DNA from: Paracoccaceae bacterium
GTDB taxonomy: Bacteria; Pseudomonadota; Alphaproteobacteria; Rhodobacterales; Rhodobacteraceae
Direction of reading: 5' to 3'
NCBI GenBank assembly: GCA_026982515.1
Contig: JALSGY010000424.1
Coordinates: 1-50,338, forward strand
DNA length: 50,338 nt
A program made the position numbers and the translations under genes. The notes below the pieces were generated by a model, which saw nothing but the letters and a program-made list of their open reading frames with translations, was not told where the DNA came from and did no database searches. Of the stretch, positions 25,114 through 34,052 are shown one piece after another. Position 1 is the first letter of the stretch; every line of letters starts with the position of its first letter.

Positions 25114-28100
25114 CTATTCTGCTGCCTTGATTGTTTTTGGTGGGATGCTGGTTTCGCCAGCCTCCCATGCCCGTTCTGCCGCTTCAAGCCGGTGTTTCAT
25201 TCGTGCGGCGAGAACCCGCACATTGGGTTCAAGCACCATGGAATCGTGGTCGCCCGGCACTTCGAATACCTCGATGGCATGGGCCCATCTGGTCCAGCCG
25301 TTGTCCGGAAGAAGGTAGTGGCGATGCTTGTCGACAAGCCGCCCCGGCGCCACTTCCCACTGGCCGATCTGGGGCGGGCGGATCAGGGCAAGCGGCCCGG
25401 ACCAGGGCATGACCTTGTAGGCCCCCACGCTTTCGAGGAAAGCATCCTGGATGGCCGCATTGTGGAATTCATGCGCTGCCTCGGTTTCTTCGTCATGGCC
25501 CTGGCGTTTGCCCAGTTCCCAGGCGATGCGGTTCCTTGCCCAGGTGGTCAGATAGCCAAGGCCCTGACGGCGCAGGTTGATCCAGTTGATCATGATGCGG
25601 TCGCGCCGCGACAGCGGCGGGCGCACCGGCAGGGGGGTGTCGAGCATGATCAGCTCCGACACGGTTTCGCCGGCGGCCGTCAGCTGTTGGGCAATCTCGT
25701 AGGCAATGATGCCGCCGCCGGAAAACCCGCCCAGCATGTAGGGGCCATGCGGCCGGACCTGGCGCATTTCGGCGATATAGTCGCGCGCCGCCTCGACCAC
25801 CGAGCGGTGCGGCTCCTCATCGCCGTAAAGCCCGCGCGCCTGCAGCCCGTAAAACGGCCGGTCGGCGCCCAGAAGATGCGCAAGATGGCGCAGGTTCAGC
25901 ACGTTGCCGAACATGCCGGCCACCAGGAAGAACGGGGTTTTCGGCCCCCCTTCGCCGGCATGCATCGGCACCAGGTGGGTGAAGCGGCGTTCGGTCCTGG
26001 CCACAGCCGGGGCCGGGGCGCCGTCTTCTTCGTCGGTGGCCACACCGCGCGCGGCGATCAGCTCGGCGCATTTGCGGATCGTCGGGGCTTCGAACAGCAC
26101 CGAAATCGGAAAGTCGACCTGCCAGGTCTTGCGGATCTGTGCAAACAGCCGCACCGCGATCAGGGAATGTCCGCCAAGGTCGAAGAAACTGTCTTCGACG
26201 CCGACCTGATCGACCCCGAGCAGGTCCTGCCAGAAGCCGGCCAGCCGGGATTCGATCGCATTTTCCGGGGCAACGTAGTCGGCATCGAGCTCGGGGCGCT
26301 GGAACTTCTGCTCGCTGCCCTGGTTGTCGGCCACGCTTTCGCCGGCCTGGGCGGCCAGCCCGGCGAGATCGAGCGACGACACGATCACCTGGGGCAGATC
26401 GGTGCTCAGGGCGCGCAGGAACAGGTCAGCCCCCTCGGCCGGGCGAATACCCTGGGTCAGGTTGTGGCGCAGGCGCTCTTCGGCGGGCGACAGCGGGCGC
26501 GCGGCCTCGTTGTCGGGCAGGGTGGCGACAGGGTTGTCGGCCGGGGCGGCCGCGAATTGCGCCGCGCTTTCCAGGCGGCGGATCGAAAACCCGCGGATCT
26601 CGACGCAGACGGTGCCGTCGGGGGCCGCGATGGTGACATCGAAACTTGCGGTTTCGGCGCCGGCCTCGTTTTCGCCGCTGTTGCGCACCCAGCTGACGAC
26701 CTCGGCCGGCAGGGGGCGGAAGACCCGGACCGAGCGGTAGGAAACCGGCACCCACAGGTGGGTCGGGCGATAGCCGGCGATCAGCTCCATCGCCCAGCCG
26801 GTGGCGATATCCATCAGCCCGGGGTGCAGCAGGCAGCCGGTGTCATTCCCGGCCCCGGGCAGGGCAAGCCGGGCCAGGCCCTCGCCCTGACCCAGGGCGG
26901 TTTCACGCAGCACATGCCACTGGGCGCCGAAGTTCAGCTGTGCTTCCTGGGGCGCGCTCAGCCATTGGCCCGGCGGCGCGGTGACCGGAGCGCCGCAGCG
27001 CGCGGCGATGGCCGCGGGGTCGATCGGGTCGGGGGGCGTCTGCGGCAGCAGCGAAAGACTGGCCTGGGCGTTCTGTTCGCGGTCCGCGCCGGCGCCGCTT
27101 TCAACGCTCAGGTCATAGCCGGTGTCGCTGCGTGAAAGCGTCAGGCGGATGTCACGCTCTTGTCCGTCTTCCACGGCCAGCGGGCGCAGGAAATAGAGGT
27201 CGCGGATCTCGAATGTCTGTGGCTCGCCCTGTGCGCGCAGGGCCTCGGCGGCCAGTTCGATATACCCGGTGCCCGGCAACAGCGCGTCGCCCGCGCGGGT
27301 CCGGTGCTGGTCGAGAAACCAGCGCCCGTCCGCCCGCCAGCGCGCCGTGAACAGCCGGTTGCCGGCGCCGTCGAAGCTGGCGTCGTCCAGCATCGGCTCG
27401 CCCGCCGCCTCGACCGGCGGGGGCGGGGTGGACCCGGTGCGCACCTGCATGGCATCGGCGGCCATGCCGACATCGGCCCAGATGCCCCAGTCGATGGCCA
27501 GAACCCGGGTCTTGCCGCCGGCGCGCGCCCTGGCGTAGGCGTTGAGATATTCGTTGGCCGCGACATAGTCGACCTGCCCCGGCGGGGCGGTGACGGTGGA
27601 GGTCGAGGAAAACAGCACCAGCCAGTCGAGCGCGCCATCGGGGAAGAGCTCATCGAGCACCTGGGTGCCGTGGATCTTGGGGGCGAAGACATCTTCGATC
27701 CCGGTCATCGACTTGGTCATGATCAGCCCGTCTTCGATCAGCCCGGCGGCATGGATCACGCCATTGACCGGCCCCCAGCGCCCCTCGATCTCGGCGCGGG
27801 CGGCCCGCATGTCCTCGACATTGCTGACATCGGCGGCAAGACACATGACCTGCCCGCCGGCCTCTTCCAGCGCCTGCACCGCCCGGATGCGCCGCGCCAG
27901 GCTGTCGCCGGGGGCGGTATTGCGCAGGATCTGCTCCCATTTGTCCCGGTCGGGCAGGGCGTTGCGCGACAAGAGCACGATACGCGCCGAGACCTTGCGG
28001 ATCAGGGTTTCGGCCAGGGTCAGCCCGATGCCGCCGAACCCGCCGGTGATCAGGTAGACGCCTTCTTCGCGCAGCGGTGGCACCAGGGTGTCCGGGGCGG

Positions 28101-31100
28101 CGATTTCCTGTTGCCGCCAGCCCAGTTCGAACCGCTTGTCGCCGCGCAGGGCCACGGTGGCGGTGGCCGGCGGGGCGAGCAGATCTTCGAGCAGCCGTTC
28201 GGCCAGCGCGGCCATCTGCGGATCGGGGCCGGTGCGTTTGCGGCGCGCGGGCTCCTGCGGCAGCTCCAGGTCGATCAGCGAACAGCTGAAGCCCGGAAAC
28301 TCGCGCGGGATGACCCGCGCCGGTCCGGCGATCGTGGCCTTTTCCGGATAGGCCAGCCCCTCATCGCGCACCTGTTGCGCCCCGGTGGTCAGCACGCTCA
28401 GGTGCAGCGGCATGGCCAACCCCTCGTCGCCGATGGCCTGGGCCAGAAACAGCAGGCTGTAAAACCCCTGTTCGAGATTGCGGTGGAAAAAGCTGCTGCC
28501 GGGGCGGAAGGTTTCCTTGCGGGTGGCCAGCCAGCCGTGGACGATCCGGCTCGGGGCCATGTCGCGTTCCACGAGGTCGCGGATCAGCGCGTCATAGCTT
28601 TCGCGCCCGCGCTCGGGGGCGATGATGTAACCGTCGTCGCCCATGCGCGCGAAAGTGTCGCCGGCGCGCACGGTGATCACCGGGTGCCCGGCCGCGCGCA
28701 GCCGTTCGGTGATGGCCCCGGTCAGCCCGGCGTCATCGGCAAAGACCAGCCAGGTTTCGCGCGGGGCCTCTGACAGGTCACCGCTTGTGTCGATGTCGCA
28801 GGCGGCATAGGTCGGGGTCCAGGCCGGGCGATAGCCCCAGCGCGACAGGTCATCCTCGCGCATCAGCCAGCGATTGTCGGTTTCGGCGGGTTTGCCCGGC
28901 TCGATGAAATAGGGCGCACGCTGGAAGGCGTAGCCGGGCAGCGGCACCCGCAGGCGCCGCGCGTCGCCCCAGTATTGTGCCCAGTCAAAGCGCCCCCCCA
29001 TGGCCCAGAGCCGCCCGAGCATGGCCAGGAAATAGGCATCATCGCCGATTTCGTCTTTCGGGTGGCGCAGGCTGGACATCACCTGGTTGGCGGTGGCATC
29101 GCCATGCTGGCCGGTCAGCGCGGCCAGCGCCTTGCCGGGGCCGACCTCGAGGAAGATGCGCCCGGGGGTCTGTGCCAGTGTCGCGATACAGTCGGCGAAA
29201 TGCACGGTGCCGCGCAGGTGGCCGACCCAGTAGTCGGGGTCGGTGGCTTCGGCCTCGGTGATGAACGCGCCGCTGCGGTTCGAGGTGAAGGGGATGCGCG
29301 GGGCGTGCAGCTCGATCGAGCGCAGATAGTCGCCGAAATCCTTCAGGATCGGTTCGAGCATGCGCGAATGGGCGGCAATGTCGATCGGGATGCGCTGGCA
29401 GTCGATGTCACGTTCTTTCAGCACCGCTTCCAGCGCGTCCAGCGCATCCTGGGCGCCGGTGGCGACGCTCAGCCCCGGCGCGTTGACCGCCCCGAGGTCC
29501 AGGTCGTCGCCCAGCAGCGGCTTCAGGTCTTCGGCGGGCAGGGCCACCGACAGCATGCCGCCGGCAGGCACCGTATCAAACAGGCGACCGCGCAGGTGCA
29601 CCAGCCCGATGCAGTCTTCGAACGACATGACCCCGGCCACGCAGGCGGCGGTGTTTTCCCCCATCGAATGGCCGACCAGGGCTGCCGGGCTTACCCCCCA
29701 GCTCATCCACAGCTGCGCCAGCGCATATTCGACGATCATGATCAGCGGCAATTGCACCGACGGCTGCTTGAGCCGGTCTTCGGCCTCGGCCCTGGCGCCG
29801 GGTTCGGGCAGCCAGATTGCGCGGATGTCATAGTCGAGCTTCGGCTGCAGGATTTCCAGGCCGCGGTCCATCCATTCGGCAAAGACCGGCTCGGTCTCGT
29901 AGAGGTCGCGCGCCATGCCGGCATATTGCGCCCCGCCGCCGGGGAACATGAACACGACCTCCGGGTCGTCGCCGACCACCGTGTGGGTGAAAACGCGGCG
30001 CGGGTCGTTTTCCTCGAGCAGGCGGGCGGCTTCTTCGTGGGTCTCGGCCACGACGACGCGGCGCCTTTCGAATTCGCGCCGGCCTTCCTTCAGGGTCCAG
30101 GCAATGTCGGCCAGGGGCTGTTCGGGATGGGCGCGCAGATGGGCGGCCAGCCGGGCGGCGTTGCCGTCGAGCGCGCCCTTGCTGCGCCCCGAAATGCACA
30201 GCAGCTGGAACGGCCAGTCCGAGGCTTCGGAGGCGACCCGTTCGGGGGCTTCTTCCAGAACGGCATGGGCATTGGTGCCCCCGACCCCGAGCGAGTTCAC
30301 CCCGGCCCGGCGCGGCCCCTTGTGCGATTGCCAGTCGCTCAGCCGGTCGTTGACGCGAAACGGGCTGTGCGCGAAGTCGATTGCCGGGTTCGGCTTTTCG
30401 TAGCCGAGCGAGGGCGGGATCTGGCGCCTGTGCAGCGACAGCGCGGTCTTGATCAGGCTGGCAACCCCGGCCGCGGTGTCGAGATGGCCGATGTTGGTCT
30501 TGACCGAGCCAAGCCGGCAATAGCCGGTTTCATCGGTGGTTTCGCCAAACGCCTGGGTGAGGGCGGCCACCTCGATCGGGTCGCCCAGGTAGGTGCCGGT
30601 GCCGTGGCACTCGACATAGTCGATGGTGTCGGCCGGCGTGCCGGCCATGCTGAGCGCTTCGGAAATGGCGGCGGCCTGGCCGTCGACCGACGGGGCAAGA
30701 TAGCCGGCCTTGGCGGCGCCATCGTTGTTGACGGCGGTGCCCTTGATCACGGCCCAGATATGGTCGCCGTCGGCGATGGCATCGGCCAGCCGACGCAGCA
30801 CCACGACACCCGCGCCCGAGCCGAACACCGTGCCCTGGGCGCGGTGATCGAACGCGTGGCAATGGCCGTCGGGCGACAGCACTTCGCCTTCCTTGTAGAT
30901 ATAGCCGCGCCCCTGCGGCAGTTCGATTGTCACCCCGCCGGCCAGCGCGATGTCGCATTCGCCGGTCATCAGCGCCTGGGCCGCGTAATGGGTGGCCACC
31001 AGCGAGGTCGAACACGCGGTCTGCAGGTTGATGCTCGGGCCCTTGAGGTCAAGGATGTGGCTGGCCCGCGTCGACAGGAAGTCCTTGTCGTTGCCGGTGT

Positions 31101-31563
31101 GGCGCAGCAGGAACATGCCCACGTCTTCAACCAGGTCCGGGTTCGAGCAGACGTTGAAATAAAAGTAGCTGCCCATGCCGCAGCCGGCAAACACCCCGAT
31201 CGGCCCCCTGGCCTTTTCCGGCGGGTGGCCGGCGTTTTCCAGCGCTTCCCAGGCCACCTCCAGGAACTGGCGGTGCTGCGGGTCCATGATCGCGGCTTCT
31301 TTCGGCGACAGCCCGAAGAATTCGGCATCAAAGGTTTCGAACCCTTCCAGCGGGGCGGCGGCGGGCACATAGTCGGGGCGGTTCAGCAGGTGCGGCGCCT
31401 CGCCGTTTTCCAGCAGCTCCTCGCGGCTGAACTGGCGGATCGATTCGATGCCGTCGCGCAGGTTGGCCCAGTATTGGTCTATCGAGCCCGCGCCGGGCAG
31501 ATGTGCGGCCATGCCGACGATGGCGATGTCGGTGTCGGCGCTGCGATGTGTCGTGTCATTCAT
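25114..31563 (-). CDS. Type I polyketide synthase, KS-AT-KR-DH-carrier protein-TE
   Basis: KS: QTACSTSLV (Cys184), ECHGTGT, KTNIGH. AT: GHSMGE (Ser633). KR: VYLITGGFGGIGL (aa ~1170). PS-DH: LDQHRTRAGDALLPGTGY (aa ~1420). Carrier: FFDLGGHSLIAV (Ser1800, codon 26164..26166). TE: MLGGFSGGG (aa ~1948) and VPGDHDSM. Confidence 0.9.
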   Translation of the reverse strand: MNDTTHRSADTDIAIVGMAAHLPGAGSIDQYWANLRDGIESIRQFSREELLENGEAPHLLNRPDYVPAAAPLEGFETFDAEFFGLSPKEAAIMDPQHRQFLEVAWEALENAGHPPEKARGPIGVFAGCGMGSYFYFNVCSNPDLVEDVGMFLLRHTGNDKDFLSTRASHILDLKGPSINLQTACSTSLVATHYAAQALMTGECDIALAGGVTIELPQGRGYIYKEGEVLSPDGHCHAFDHRAQGTVFGSGAGVVVLRRLADAIADGDHIWAVIKGTAVNNDGAAKAGYLAPSVDGQAAAISEALSMAGTPADTIDYVECHGTGTYLGDPIEVAALTQAFGETTDETGYCRLGSVKTNIGHLDTAAGVASLIKTALSLHRRQIPPSLGYEKPNPAIDFAHSPFRVNDRLSDWQSHKGPRRAGVNSLGVGGTNAHAVLEEAPERVASEASDWPFQLLCISGRSKGALDGNAARLAAHLRAHPEQPLADIAWTLKEGRREFERRRVVVAETHEEAARLLEENDPRRVFTHTVVGDDPEVVFMFPGGGAQYAGMARDLYETEPVFAEWMDRGLEILQPKLDYDIRAIWLPEPGARAEAEDRLKQPSVQLPLIMIVEYALAQLWMSWGVSPAALVGHSMGENTAACVAGVMSFEDCIGLVHLRGRLFDTVPAGGMLSVALPAEDLKPLLGDDLDLGAVNAPGLSVATGAQDALDALEAVLKERDIDCQRIPIDIAAHSRMLEPILKDFGDYLRSIELHAPRIPFTSNRSGAFITEAEATDPDYWVGHLRGTVHFADCIATLAQTPGRIFLEVGPGKALAALTGQHGDATANQVMSSLRHPKDEIGDDAYFLAMLGRLWAMGGRFDWAQYWGDARRLRVPLPGYAFQRAPYFIEPGKPAETDNRWLMREDDLSRWGYRPAWTPTYAACDIDTSGDLSEAPRETWLVFADDAGLTGAITERLRAAGHPVITVRAGDTFARMGDDGYIIAPERGRESYDALIRDLVERDMAPSRIVHGWLATRKETFRPGSSFFHRNLEQGFYSLLFLAQAIGDEGLAMPLHLSVLTTGAQQVRDEGLAYPEKATIAGPARVIPREFPGFSCSLIDLELPQEPARRKRTGPDPQMAALAERLLEDLLAPPATATVALRGDKRFELGWRQQEIAAPDTLVPPLREEGVYLITGGFGGIGLTLAETLIRKVSARIVLLSRNALPDRDKWEQILRNTAPGDSLARRIRAVQALEEAGGQVMCLAADVSNVEDMRAARAEIEGRWGPVNGVIHAAGLIEDGLIMTKSMTGIEDVFAPKIHGTQVLDELFPDGALDWLVLFSSTSTVTAPPGQVDYVAANEYLNAYARARAGGKTRVLAIDWGIWADVGMAADAMQVRTGSTPPPPVEAAGEPMLDDASFDGAGNRLFTARWRADGRWFLDQHRTRAGDALLPGTGYIELAAEALRAQGEPQTFEIRDLYFLRPLAVEDGQERDIRLTLSRSDTGYDLSVESGAGADREQNAQASLSLLPQTPPDPIDPAAIAARCGAPVTAPPGQWLSAPQEAQLNFGAQWHVLRETALGQGEGLARLALPGAGNDTGCLLHPGLMDIATGWAMELIAGYRPTHLWVPVSYRSVRVFRPLPAEVVSWVRNSGENEAGAETASFDVTIAAPDGTVCVEIRGFSIRRLESAAQFAAAPADNPVATLPDNEAARPLSPAEERLRHNLTQGIRPAEGADLFLRALSTDLPQVIVSSLDLAGLAAQAGESVADNQGSEQKFQRPELDADYVAPENAIESRLAGFWQDLLGVDQVGVEDSFFDLGGHSLIAVRLFAQIRKTWQVDFPISVLFEAPTIRKCAELIAARGVATDEEDGAPAPAVARTERRFTHLVPMHAGEGGPKTPFFLVAGMFGNVLNLRHLAHLLGADRPFYGLQARGLYGDEEPHRSVVEAARDYIAEMRQVRPHGPYMLGGFSGGGIIAYEIAQQLTAAGETVSELIMLDTPLPVRPPLSRRDRIMINWINLRRQGLGYLTTWARNRIAWELGKRQGHDEETEAAHEFHNAAIQDAFLESVGAYKVMPWSGPLALIRPPQIGQWEVAPGRLVDKHRHYLLPDNGWTRWAHAIEVFEVPGDHDSMVLEPNVRVLAARMKHRLEAAERAWEAGETSIPPKTIKAAE

Positions 31564-32081
31564 TGAAATGCGAAGTCCCTATCGCATCAAGTGCGGGTTT
31601 CTGAGAGTTGAAAGACTCGAAAAAAATCCAGAGATAATCAAAAAGACCAACCTTTTTCTACCGGGGGCAATTCGCCGGGTCAAACAGCGGCATTGTTGCG
31701 TATCGGGCAGTAGCATGGGACAGGCCATTCTCAAATGCGGCAGCCCGGAAAATTGCCCTGATGATCACGATCCGGCGTCAATGTTTCGTGAGCGGGCGGA
31801 TTGGTTCGGTTCCCGGCAAGATCATTCCGCGCTTTTCTGGTGAACCTGCCCGGGGTCTTGCCCGGGTGGATGGCCCGTGAGCGCGCCTTTACCCCTTGTT
31901 TTCAGGGTGAAAAAACGGGTGATCGTGGCGGTTTCCGAGAAAAAACAGGGCCATTTCCGGTTTTTTGCCCCGCTCAGCAGCGCCAATTGCGGCAGCATTG
32001 CGTTGCAATCATGGCCCCAATGGTGCAGTTTGGCCGAGGATGAGTTTCCCGGCTATTTCCGGGATATTGAAGGAGTGGGTA
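31564..32081. promoter_or_regulatory. 518-bp divergent intergenic region between the PKS operon and the VPLPA-CTERM gene
   Basis: No credible ORF. An AT-rich core lies at ~31610..31660 (gaaagactcgaaaaaaatccagagataatcaaaaagacc). The RBS GAAGGAG at 32069..32075 precedes the cargo ATG. Confidence 0.45.
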
Positions 32082-32840
32082 ATGGGGTTGAAGTTTTTGA
32101 AAGCCTGCGTGGCTTGCGCAATGGTTTATCTGCCCGCCGTCGGGACGGCGCAGGCGGCGACGGTCAATATTGTCCGGGTTGCCGATAATCCTCAGGAAAC
32201 GGTTTACGGGATTCGTGACAACACCGGGACAGACGGGGTTGATCTGGATGGTGCGATCTTTACGGCGACCTATGCCGATGGAACAAGCGAAGAGATCGTC
32301 TGGAACGCCTTGCGCACATTCAACTACAGCATCGATGGCGAAGCGGCCGGGACGGACACATATGTCTACATGAGCTGGGACGGGTTCGAAATGACGACGA
32401 CCCGCCTGCTGACCTCGCTTCTCATCCAGCTTGCTCCGGCCAGCTCGGTTTTTGACACGACGTTCATCTTCGATCCCGATCCGGCCTCTACGCCAGGGTC
32501 CAGCTTTGGCTATCCGTTCGAGCTTTACAGTGCCTATTCCGGTCTGCAGGGCAGCATCACGGCGACCTATTCGGGGATCGTGAACATGGCCGGCGATGTG
32601 GCGCGGGGCGATCTGTTCACCGACATGCTCGTCGACTTTTCGGGTCTGTCGACCGGTGGAATTCTTGGCGCCGTGAGCTTCAGGTCCGACATGGACACCC
32701 TGCGGTATGCGGGCGATCTGACGCCGATTTCCCCGGTGCCGCTTCCGGCCGGTTTCTGGCTTTTGCTGGCCGGCATGGGCGGTTTCGTGTTGAGCGGTCG
32801 CATGGCGCGGCGCGGCTCTGCGGCCCGGGTTTCCGCCTGA
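32082..32840 (+). CDS. Secreted protein with a C-terminal VPLPA-CTERM exosortase sorting signal
   Basis: Signal peptide MGLKFLKACVACAMVYLPAVGTAQA. The C-terminus reads ...PISP-VPLPA-GFWLLLAGMGGFVLSG-RMARRG (motif, TM helix, basic cluster). VPLPA is encoded at 32735..32749. I recognise no family for the ~200-aa mature domain. Confidence 0.85.
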   Translation: MGLKFLKACVACAMVYLPAVGTAQAATVNIVRVADNPQETVYGIRDNTGTDGVDLDGAIFTATYADGTSEEIVWNALRTFNYSIDGEAAGTDTYVYMSWDGFEMTTTRLLTSLLIQLAPASSVFDTTFIFDPDPASTPGSSFGYPFELYSAYSGLQGSITATYSGIVNMAGDVARGDLFTDMLVDFSGLSTGGILGAVSFRSDMDTLRYAGDLTPISPVPLPAGFWLLLAGMGGFVLSGRMARRGSAARVSA

Positions 32841-32995
32841 CGGCAGCCAGGGCGGACAGTCGATGAATTGCAGCGCGTCGGGGCCATTGTTGCAACTTCG
32901 CGCCGACCGGGCGGATTCTCCGGTCAGGGGATGTAAATTCCCGCAGAACCCGTAAATAGTGTGGATGAATAGGAAAATTCATCAATAGGTGAAGA

Positions 32996-33841
32996 GTGTC
33001 GCAGAAGAAACGGCCTGAAAAATCGGCAGACATGGTCATTGGCTGCCTGTCAAACAACGCCGACATCCTGTCCGCCAACCTGATGCTGTCTCCGGCTGTT
33101 CGCTCGGGCGCGCTCAAGCTTGTCGTGGAAAAAAACCCGACAAGCGCCGCCACCGGCTACAACCGCATTCTTGACCGAACAGATGCTCCGATCGTTATCC
33201 TGGCCCACCATGATGTTTTCCTGCCGGATGGCTGGGAGCAGCTTCTTGCCCGCCGGATTGCGGAGGTTGAAGCGGTCGACCCGGACTGGGGGATCATTGC
33301 CCCCTACGGGATCGATGAGCATGGCACGGGGTGGGGCCCGGTCTGGTCGTCTTCGATCGGCCAGGTTGTCGGCCGCGTCGCCACCGAACCTGTCGCAATC
33401 AAGAGCAGCGACGAGTTGCTGATCGTCCTGCGGCGCCACGAAGGGCTGCGCTTTGATGAAGGCATGGCGCATTTTCATTTTTACGGGCTGGATATCGTGC
33501 AGACGGCCTGGGCCCTGGGCCATGGCGCCTGGAACGTGCCCCTGCCGCTTGTTCATAATGACAGGTTCAAGGGCGACCTGGGAGAAGACTATGCGCAGGG
33601 CTATCATTTCGTGCGCAAGAAATGGCGCGCGCAATTGCCCCTGCATTCTCCGACTGCAAAGGTTTCGTGGCACGGGCTGCATCTGCGCGGTGTCAGGAAA
33701 CGGATGCGTGAAAGCGTTGAACACAGGAAAGCCATCGCCGTTGCGGCCGAAGTTGATCCGCGCATTCATGCAGAACGCTGCGGCTGGGAAACGCTCGGCG
33801 GGGTGCCGGCGCCGGCCATCCGGCCAGCGCTGGCCTCCTGA
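32996..33841 (+). CDS. Hypothetical protein, GT-A (GT2)-like glycosyltransferase candidate
   Basis: Coding-like composition, whereas the antisense ORF 33050..33919 is Arg/Pro-rich. Segments ATGYNRILDRTDAPIVILAHHDVFLPDGW and SSDELLIVLRR resemble small GT-A enzymes. The start is GTG 32996 or ATG 33032. Confidence 0.5.
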   Translation: MSQKKRPEKSADMVIGCLSNNADILSANLMLSPAVRSGALKLVVEKNPTSAATGYNRILDRTDAPIVILAHHDVFLPDGWEQLLARRIAEVEAVDPDWGIIAPYGIDEHGTGWGPVWSSSIGQVVGRVATEPVAIKSSDELLIVLRRHEGLRFDEGMAHFHFYGLDIVQTAWALGHGAWNVPLPLVHNDRFKGDLGEDYAQGYHFVRKKWRAQLPLHSPTAKVSWHGLHLRGVRKRMRESVEHRKAIAVAAEVDPRIHAERCGWETLGGVPAPAIRPALAS

Positions 33842-34052
33842 GCGCCGGCACCGGCCTGCATGCCCGCTTTCCACTTGCCACGGCCTTTGTCGCGGGCGTC
33901 GGGACGATGCGGGCATCACAGCCCTTCTGTTTCTTGTGAGCGGAGATCGGTCATTGGCAGATGCTTCGGTGGCGACTTTCCATTAAGGCTGCTGTCAGGC
34001 GCATGTCCGGTGTGGGGCGGGCAGGGCGCGGGATGAAATGTGGTAGGGCAGG

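Noticed and set aside
31937-31975. An A/T hairpin (aaaaaac ... gtttttt) in the PKS/cargo intergenic region as a terminator or riboswitch expression platform.
   Set aside because: The stem is only 7 A-T/G-C pairs with a 13-nt loop, and there is no upstream gene to terminate. It is too weak to call without conservation or transcript data.
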